NCBI RefSeq assembly: GCF_006345805.1
Contig: NW_021829120.1
Span: forward strand, 1-6,722
Direction of reading: 5' to 3'
From: Octopus sinensis
Taxonomy: Eukaryota
DNA length: 6,722 nt
The position numbers were made by a program, and so were the translations under genes. The notes below the pieces were generated by a model. That model ran no database searches, had not been told where the DNA came from, and saw only the letters and a list, made by a program, of their open reading frames with translations. Shown in pieces: positions 1 to 6,345 of this stretch; position 1 is the first letter of the stretch, and each line of letters begins with the position of its first letter.

Positions 1-73
1 CCCTGCAGTGGGACTGAACCCAGAACTATGTGGTTGGTAAACAAGCTACTTACCACACAGCCTCTCCCGCGCC
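1..73 (-). mobile_element. 5' head of family-A tRNA-derived SINE (copy A1), running off the left edge
   Basis: Reverse complement reads GGCGCGGGAGAGGCTGTGTGGTAAGTAGCTTGTTTACCAACCACATAGTTCTGGGTTCAGTCCCACTGCAGGG, collinear with the heads of the copies at 4978-5034, 5668-5731 and 6138-6210. It contains A-box-like (GGCTGTGTGG) and B-box-like (GGTTCAGTCCC) motifs. Confidence 0.85.
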
Positions 74-329
74 TTATATATACACTTTATATTCTTTCTG
101 CACAATTTTATAGACTTAATGTACAACACTCTTAAAATAAGTATTTACTTTTATTACTTTTTATTAACAAAAATATCCCGTAAATATGATACAAGTTTTA
201 GTTAAATTGAATATATCTGCCATGTAAATAAGCATGAATATTTCACGGAATTACACTTATGCGCATGCGTTAAATGATAGGCGATATAGTTCAATTTTTA
301 AAAATACACTTTTCACTATCCAATCACCA

Positions 330-680
330 CCATCATCTCTCTCACTCCTCTCTCTTCCTCTCTGCTTTTCTTTAGCCTCACCATCAGAACATCGCCCCTC
401 AGCTAAAATTATATTTTTAACTCTCCGTCCTCTTTATCCAGCTAACATTTTTAACCACGTAATAAATATTACGTTCCTCTCCACCTCACGCCATGGACGC
501 TTCTCTCTCCTTTTTCTTTCATCCTCTTCCCCTTATCCTCTTTCTCTCTTTGTTTTCTTTCGCCTCTCTTTTCCTTCAACTCGTCACACGAAAGCGTTAC
601 AATTTAATTCCCTCAACCTCACGTTATGGACGCTTCTCTTTTCCTCATCCCTCGTTTTCTTTCTCCCTCTATTTCTCTAA
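330..680. repeat. Pyrimidine-rich low-complexity tract containing a diverged direct repeat
   Basis: + strand is strongly C/T-rich and G-poor. ACCTCACG(CC/TT)ATGGACGCTTCTCT occurs at 483-506 and 616-639 (22/24 identical, offset 133). Confidence 0.7.
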
Positions 681-738
681 TCACGTGAAAACGTAACCGA
701 CGGGCGAAGTAACGCAGTGACAAGCAGAATTATTATAA

Positions 739-955
739 GATAGACACACAACGGTCTTCATCGAGAAAATTGCAGATTTTCTCAACCAGCTTTGATGTCC
801 TGGTGTCCTCCTCATTCTATTACCTATTCTCTCCTGTACTTGGATCTCTTTTACCAGTAGAAAAGTGAATCCGTAAGCAGTTTGTAGCGCTTTTTGTCCA
901 GTTTAACGCAAAACTTTATTATCGCATAGCGAACTCCTAGAAGGCCCGACTGCTT
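739..955 (-). pseudogene. Decayed Tc1/mariner (mariner-type) transposase, N-terminal DNA-binding region only
   Basis: Manual minus-strand translation from 955: KQSGLLGVRYAIIKFCVKLDKK...W*KRSKYRRE*V. Shifted frames give LQTAYG (887-870) and DTRTSKLVEKICNFLDEDRCVSI (to 739). These match, in order, mariner N-terminal blocks as I recall them (RYAIKFCxKLGK, LQTAFG, WHKRFKEGRESV, xTPELIxxIxNFxDxDRRVSI). In-frame stops, frameshifts and an internal deletion are present. No DD34D domain or TIR was recognised. Confidence 0.75.
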
Positions 956-1175
956 TCTCCAAACACATCAGCTGTGACGAGTTAGTATTTAGTAAGGTCT
1001 GTTCAAAGTGCTATAACGGCCGTCGTGTGTCTGCGTGTGTGTCTCCTTCGTAAACATTAACTTTATGAGGGAGGGGAAAACCTGCATGTTGACCAATCAA
1101 ACGTTTTCCATGACATCTCGTGACTGATGTTGACTATTAACAAGATGGCTGACGAAAATATATCAATGTATGCTT

Positions 1176-1389
1176 ATGCGAGGACGTGTGTGTGGTATGT
1201 CTGTGTGTGTGTGTATGTATATATGTGTATACATATGTGTGTGCGTGTATATGTATATATGCATATATATGTGTGTATATATATGTTGTGTGTGTATATA
1301 TTATATATTTTATGTATATATATATGGTGTATATATGTATATATATATATGTATATGTATATATATATTGGTAAAAACGGTAAGATAAC

Positions 1390-1423
<34 letters not shown>

Positions 1424-1447
1424 ATAGATATATATATATATATATAT

Positions 1448-1479
<32 letters not shown>

Positions 1480-1541
1480 TATATATTATATATATTATAT
1501 ATATCTATATATATATATAAGGTGTGTGTGTGTGTTTGTGT
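1176..1541. repeat. Compound (TG)n/(TA)n microsatellite
   Basis: Mixed TG/TA run at ~1187-1370, interrupted (TA)n at ~1390-1519 and (GT)n at 1521-1541. Confidence 0.95.
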
Positions 1542-1930
1542 GGAGGCGCAATGGCCCAGTGGTTAGGGGCAGCGGACTCGCGGTCGGAGGATGGCGGTTT
1601 CGATTCCCAGACCGGCGTTGTGTGTGTTTATTGAGCGAAAACACCTAAACTCCACGAGGCTCCGGCAGGGTGTGGTGGCGACCCCTGTTGTACTCTTTCG
1701 CCTAAACTTTCTCTCACTCCACTCTTACTTCCTGTTTCTGTTGTACCTGTATTTCAGGGGCCGGCTTGTCACTCTCTGTGTCACGCTGAATATCCCCGAG
1801 AACTACATTAAGGGTGCACGTGTCTGTGGAGTGCTCAGCCACTTACACGTTAATTTCACGAGCAGGCTGTTCCGTTGATTCGGATCAACCGGAACCCTCA
1901 TCGTCGTAACCGACGGAGTGCTTCCATCCA
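1542..1930 (+). mobile_element. tRNA-derived SINE, family B (~390 bp, apparently full length)
   Basis: Starts GGAGGCGCAATGGCCCAGTGGTTAGG. The head (1542-~1612) aligns position by position with a tRNA-Arg-like sequence as I recall it. A non-tRNA body follows, ending ...GTCGTAACCGACGGAGTGCTTCCATCCA, and microsatellites flank both sides. It resembles octopus tRNA-derived SINEs (OK/OR1/OR2 group); the exact family was not verified. Confidence 0.8.
1552..1607 (+). promoter_or_regulatory. Internal RNA polymerase III type-2 promoter (A and B boxes) of SINE B
   Basis: A box TGGCCCAGTGG at 1552-1562 and B box GTTTCGATTCC at 1597-1607 (one mismatch to GGTTCGANNCC), with tRNA-like spacing. Confidence 0.65.
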
Positions 1931-1933
1931 TTG

Positions 1934-2046
1934 ATATATATATATATATATATGTATGTATATATGTGTGTGTATGTGTGATTGCGTGTATATATGTATA
2001 TATATATATATTATATGTAGATATGTGTGTGTGTGTGTGTGTGTGT
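1934..2046. repeat. Compound (TA)n/(TG)n microsatellite
   Basis: (TA)n from 1934, a mixed TATG/TG stretch, and pure (GT)n at ~2024-2046. Confidence 0.95.
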
Positions 2047-2142
2047 CTTTTATACTCAGTCTTAATAATAACAATTTCACAATAACCTGATCAGTTGCTC
2101 TACTTTTGTAAAGTAAAAATTTATTATCCTCAACCAACAATG

Positions 2143-2191
2143 CAGTGACTTCGAAATTTCGGTCAGTCTGGCCGATACTTCGAAGTCACTG
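2143..2191. repeat. 49-bp near-perfect palindrome
   Basis: 24-bp arms around T2167. The outer 13 bp are perfect (CAGTGACTTCGAA / TTCGAAGTCACTG), and 21 of 24 positions are Watson-Crick pairs (non-WC at 2156/2178, 2158/2176 and G-T 2163/2171). Confidence 0.9.
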
Positions 2192-2225
2192 TCAACATTG
2201 TGCTTGTCTAAGAATAGTAGATTCA

Positions 2226-2592
2226 TAGATACATACATACATACACACATTCATGCACACGTACTTGCATACATGGATGCATACATATATGCATACATAC
2301 ACACATACATATATATATCCATACCTGCCTAATGCATCCATACATACACAGATATATACATATATATACAAACATATATAATACATACATACATACATAT
2401 ATACATATATACATACATATATACATATATACATACATACATATATACATATATACATACGTATATACATATATACATACATACATATATACATACATAC
2501 ATACGTACGTACATACATACGTACGTACATACATACATACATACATACATACATACATACGTACATACATACATACATACGTACATGCATAC

Positions 2593-2624
<32 letters not shown>

Positions 2625-3220
2625 CATACATGCACACATACATACATACATACATACATACATACGTACATACATGCATACGTACATACATACATACATA
2701 CATATATACATACATACATACATACATACATACATACATACATACATACATACATGCACACATACATACATACATACATACATACGTACATACATGCATA
2801 CGTACATGCATACATATATACATACATACATACTTACATACATACATACATACATACATATATACATACGTACATTCATACATACATGCATACGTACATA
2901 CATACATACATACATACATACATACGTACATACATGCATACGTACATACATACATATATACATACATACATACGTACATTCATACATACACACATACATA
3001 CATACATACACACATACATATATACATCCATACATACATACATACATACATATATACATAAGTACATTCATACATACATGCATACGTACATTCATACATA
3101 CATACATATATACATACATACATACATACATATATACATACGTACATTCATACATACACACATACATCATACATACATACATACATACATACATACATAC
3201 ATACATACATACATACATAA

Positions 3221-3251
<31 letters not shown>

Positions 3252-3255
3252 CATC

Positions 3256-3287
<32 letters not shown>

Positions 3288-3395
3288 CATCCATACATAC
3301 ATACATCCATACATACATACATACATACACACATACATATATACATCCATACATACATACATACATACATACATAAATACATACATACATACATC

Positions 3396-3427
<32 letters not shown>

Positions 3428-3465
3428 CATCCATACACACATACATACATACATACATACATAAA

Positions 3466-3499
<34 letters not shown>

Positions 3500-3630
3500 C
3501 ATCCATACATACATACATACATACATACATACGTACATTCATACATACACACATACATATATACATCCATAAACACACATACATAATCCATACGCACATA
3601 CAGACATATATACATAGATATATTCACGTA
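2226..3630. repeat. ~1.4 kb (CATA)n tetranucleotide array with variant units
   Basis: Continuous ATAC units with substitution variants GTAC, ATGC, ATAT, ACAC, ATTC, ATCC and ATAA. Both ends are degenerate. Confidence 0.98.
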
Positions 3631-3632
3631 AT

Positions 3633-3633
<1 letters not shown>

Positions 3634-3663
<30 letters not shown>
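3634..3663. repeat. (CA)15 microsatellite
   Basis: Pure CA run at 3634-3663. Confidence 0.97.
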
Positions 3664-3665
<2 letters not shown>

Positions 3666-3720
3666 CATATACATATATACATAAATGCGTGTGTGTTTAT
3701 GCATGACCGTCCCTACTAGT

Positions 3721-3830
3721 ACCATCATCATCATCGTCATGACCACTACCACCACCTCCGCCACCATCGCATCCACCACCGCCCGCCACCCCTCTCACCC
3801 ACCAATCATCTTCATTCCACCTGCCCCAAA
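3721..3830. repeat. Degenerate (ACC/ATC)n trinucleotide-rich tract
   Basis: Runs such as ACCATCATCATCATCGTC and ACCACTACCACCACC. Confidence 0.85.
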
Positions 3831-3900
3831 AAAGACCCAGAACTGATCATTTATTTACAACAGTTCATTGCCCTGTACACGACATCTTGTGTTCGGAGTA

Positions 3901-3956
3901 GGGCGGGGCGGGGCGGGTGGTGGTGGGGGTTTGTGAGGGTGAGGGGTGGAGTCGGG
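3901..3956 (+). other. Predicted G-quadruplex-forming G-tract cluster / tandem GC boxes
   Basis: GGG-C-GGGG-C-GGGG-C-GGG at 3901-3917 (four tracts, 1-nt loops), then GGGGG at 3925-3929 and further GGG/GGGG tracts to 3956. Confidence 0.7.
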
Positions 3957-4461
3957 TGATGATGGTGCTCGTGCAGGTGACGGTGGCGGCGGCGGCGGTG
4001 GTGGTGATTGTAGTTGCTGGTCAGGATATAAATGATGATGATAATTGTAGTGGTGGTGGTGTTGGTGGTGGTGGTGGTGGTGGTGGTGGTGGTGGTGGTT
4101 TTGGTGGTGGTGATGGTGGTGGCGACGGTAGCGGTATTGATAATGATGATGATGATCATCATGATCATGATTATGATAATTTAGATGATTATGGTGGTGG
4201 TGTTGATAGAAGGTTTGCAGGTGATGGTGTTGACAATGATGATGATGGTGGTGGTGATGGTGAGAATGAAAGTGATGATGGTGGTGGTGGACAGGGGCTG
4301 TGGCGTTAATGGTGAAAATGGTATTGATGTTTAATAATTAAGGTAAGAGTGATGGAAGTGGTGGCGGCGGTGGCGGTAGAGGTGTTGATGATAGCGATGA
4401 TGACGATGATGTTCGCAGTGATGATGATGATGATGATAATCCTCATGACGATGATGATGAT
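3917..4461. repeat. Degenerate (GGT/GAT/GGC)n trinucleotide-rich tract
   Basis: Includes pure (GGT)12 at 4064-4099 and multiple (GAT)n runs. Confidence 0.92.
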
Positions 4462-4630
4462 CAAATTTTATTTATCAATAATTGATCAATCTTGTAATTA
4501 TTTTGCCTTGCCAAAAACATGATCGCTTTAAAAAAAAAGCCATGCTCTGGCGAGACAAAATGCATTTCGTGTGAAAAAAAACATACTTGGAGAGATGATA
4601 ATGTAGTGAAGTCACGGCACAAACATTTTT

Positions 4631-5034
4631 CTTTTATTCTTTTATTCTTTTACTTGTTTCAGTCATTTGACTGCGGCCATGCTGGAGCACCGCCTTTAAT
4701 CGAGCAACTCGACCCCGGGACTTATTCTTTTGTAAGCCCAGTACTTATTTTATCGATCTCTTTGGCCGAACCGCTAAGTAACGGGGACATAAACACACCA
4801 GCATCGGTTGTCAAGCAATGCTTGGGGGACAAACACAGACACACAAACACACTCAACATATATATATATATATACATATATACGACGGGCTTCTTTCAGT
4901 TTCCCTCTACCAAATCCACTCACAAGGCTTTGGTCGGCCCGAAGCTATAGTAGAAGACACTTGCCCTAGGTGCCACACAGTGGGACTGAACCCAGAACCA
5001 TGTGGTTGGTAAACAAGCTACTTACCACACAGCC
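4631..5034 (-). mobile_element. Family-A SINE copy A2; first ~10 nt of head missing or degenerate
   Basis: About 90% identical by manual alignment to the reverse complement of 6149-6555. Structure on the minus strand: tRNA-like head, 5' body, internal (TA)/(TG) microsatellite (~4835-4881), 3' body, and a (TAAAAGAA)n tail at 4631-4652. Confidence 0.9.
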
Positions 5035-5330
5035 TGGTCCTGGAAAGGAAAAAATAGAACTAAAACTTTGTGGTATTCCCATTAAGCTCCGCTTCGTAGG
5101 AAACGATGATGGAGCTTATAGACAGAGCAGCAAGTAAGACACAAGCGCGGCATTATGTTCTAAAACAGAAATACCGAGAAATACCGACAGTATGTTAATC
5201 ATACGCTAAAAAAAGAAGAAAGAAACTCACCTAGATGTTAATAAAAACAGTACGGCAGTAATGGAAGGAAAATGTTTTTAGGGTCTCTGTTTGTCAAGGT
5301 TGTATGTGCAGGCCAGAGCAGAATATTTAT

Positions 5331-5731
5331 TATCTTTGGCTTGCTTCATTCATTGGATTACGGTCATGCTGGAGCACCTCCTTGAAGTGTTTAATCGAAC
5401 AAATTTAGTCCAGTATTAATTTTTTAAAGCCTGATATCTATTCTACGGATATATTTTACCGAAAACCTAAGTTACCGGGACGTAAACACACCAACAACGG
5501 TAGTCAAGCGATGGTGGGGGACAAAGACAGACACAAAAACACACACACGCATATATATATTTTCTATATGACGGGCTTCTTTCAGTTTCCGTCTACCAAA
5601 TCCACTCATGAGGCTTTAGTCGGCCTTAGGCTATAGTAGAAGACACTTGCCCAAGGTGTCACGCAATGGGACTGAACCTGGAACCATGTGGTTGGGAAGC
5701 AAGCTTCTTACCGCACAGCCAATCTTGCGTC
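5331..5731 (-). mobile_element. Family-A SINE copy A3, more diverged variant
   Basis: Collinear with A2 over its full length. The head extends to ...CAGCCAATCTTGCGTC, and there is an 8-nt insertion (5384-5391) relative to A2. Confidence 0.88.
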
Positions 5732-5783
5732 ATGTATATGTATGTAGTACATACGTACGTATGTATGTGTGTGTGTATGTATG
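5732..5783. repeat. Short (TATG)n/(TG)n microsatellite
   Basis: ATGTATATGTATGTAGTACATACGTACGTATGTATGTGTGTGTGTATGTATGTG. Confidence 0.85.
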
Positions 5784-5931
5784 TGATGATAATTGATTAA
5801 GTAACCAGAAGATGGGTTTGGTATTAATCTTCGTACGGCGGTCGTCGCCACCCGTCCTGCCACTGTCCCTTATGAGTGGGATCAATATTAATAGCAAATC
5901 CATCTTCTTGTTACTTAAGAAATTATTATCA
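5784..5931. mobile_element. MITE-like fold-back element: ~45-bp inverted arms around a 58-bp GC-rich spacer
   Basis: 5784-5828 versus the reverse complement of 5887-5931 matches at 39 of 45 positions with no gaps. The inverted repeat is directly observed; calling it a mobile element is inference. Confidence 0.5.
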
Positions 5932-6074
5932 TTATCTCAACTAACTCTACGGACTTCCTGAATTAGATCCAACGGAACTAAACCCCAACTGCAGAAGACA
6001 TCAGGCTGCATAAACTGTGCCAGGGAATCTACTCAACACTTCAACACACTCATTGGCATATACCCATTAATCCA

Positions 6075-6077
<3 letters not shown>

Positions 6078-6118
<41 letters not shown>

Positions 6119-6137
6119 TATATATATATTATATATA
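6078..6137. repeat. Interrupted (TA)n microsatellite
   Basis: About 60 bp of TA repeat with two phase slips. Confidence 0.97.
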
Positions 6138-6313
6138 GGCGCAGGAGTGGCTATGCAGTAAGTAGCTTGCTTACCAACCACTTGGTTCCGGGTTCATTCC
6201 CACTGCGTGGCACCTTGGGCAAGTGTCCTTCTGCTATAGCCTCGGGCCTACCAAAGCCTTGTGAGTGAATTTGGTAGACGGAAACTGAAAGAAGCCCGTC
6301 GTATATATGTATA

Positions 6314-6345
<32 letters not shown>

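Noticed and set aside
457-474. Short palindromes (ACGTAATA-AA-TATTACGT here; also 2101-2115 and 4484-4496)
   Set aside because: Stems of 6-8 bp in AT-rich DNA are expected by chance, with no supporting context.
234-696. 148-aa and 67-aa Leu/Phe/Ser-rich ORFs resembling membrane proteins
   Set aside because: The composition follows directly from the C/T-rich tract, with no recognisable domain.
692-703. CGTAACCGACGG identical to the SINE B tail (1905-1916)
   Set aside because: A 12-nt match is near chance level for a 6.7 kb self-comparison, and the flanks do not align convincingly.
961-990. TACTAAC branch point followed by CAG on the minus strand
   Set aside because: The branch point is too close to the AG, there is no pyrimidine tract, and the downstream sequence is the decayed mariner rather than a clean exon.
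1149-1185. Hammerhead ribozyme core CTGACGA
   Set aside because: No stem II followed by GAAA downstream. No other CTGANGA was found on either strand; CTTATGAG at 5869 also lacks the rest of the core.
1127-1399. ORFs rich in Y/I/V/C/M (also 1137-1391, 1170-1388, 1186-1374, 1898-2140)
   Set aside because: Translations of TG/TA microsatellites. Only the short unique start near 1145 is kept as a low-interest finding.
1542-1612. tRNA gene
   Set aside because: A and B boxes are present, but there is no paired acceptor stem or nearby T-run terminator, and the sequence continues into a SINE body. The same applies to the family-A heads.
2226-3630. CRISPR-like or information-coding array
   Set aside because: No constant 23-50 bp repeat with unique spacers and no cas-like sequence. 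Slippage and block duplication explain the variants.
2192-3684. Long ORFs of 63-458 aa (HTYI/MYVC repeats) on both strands
   Set aside because: A (CATA)n repeat lacks stop codons in most frames and gives a 4-aa period. Overlapping ORFs in many frames mark an artefact.
3851-4309. Gly/Asp-rich (+) and Thr/His-rich (-) ORFs
   Set aside because: Trinucleotide repeats stay open by construction. Both strands are open, and I saw no supporting splice or domain evidence. A low-complexity exon cannot be fully excluded without RNA data.
4519-5012. ORFs at 4519-4950 and 4818-5012, and likewise 1591-1878, 6151-6396 and 6380-6712
   Set aside because: They lie within SINE copies. The same peptides (FQSFDCGHAGAPP, YDGLLSVS) recur because the SINE recurs.
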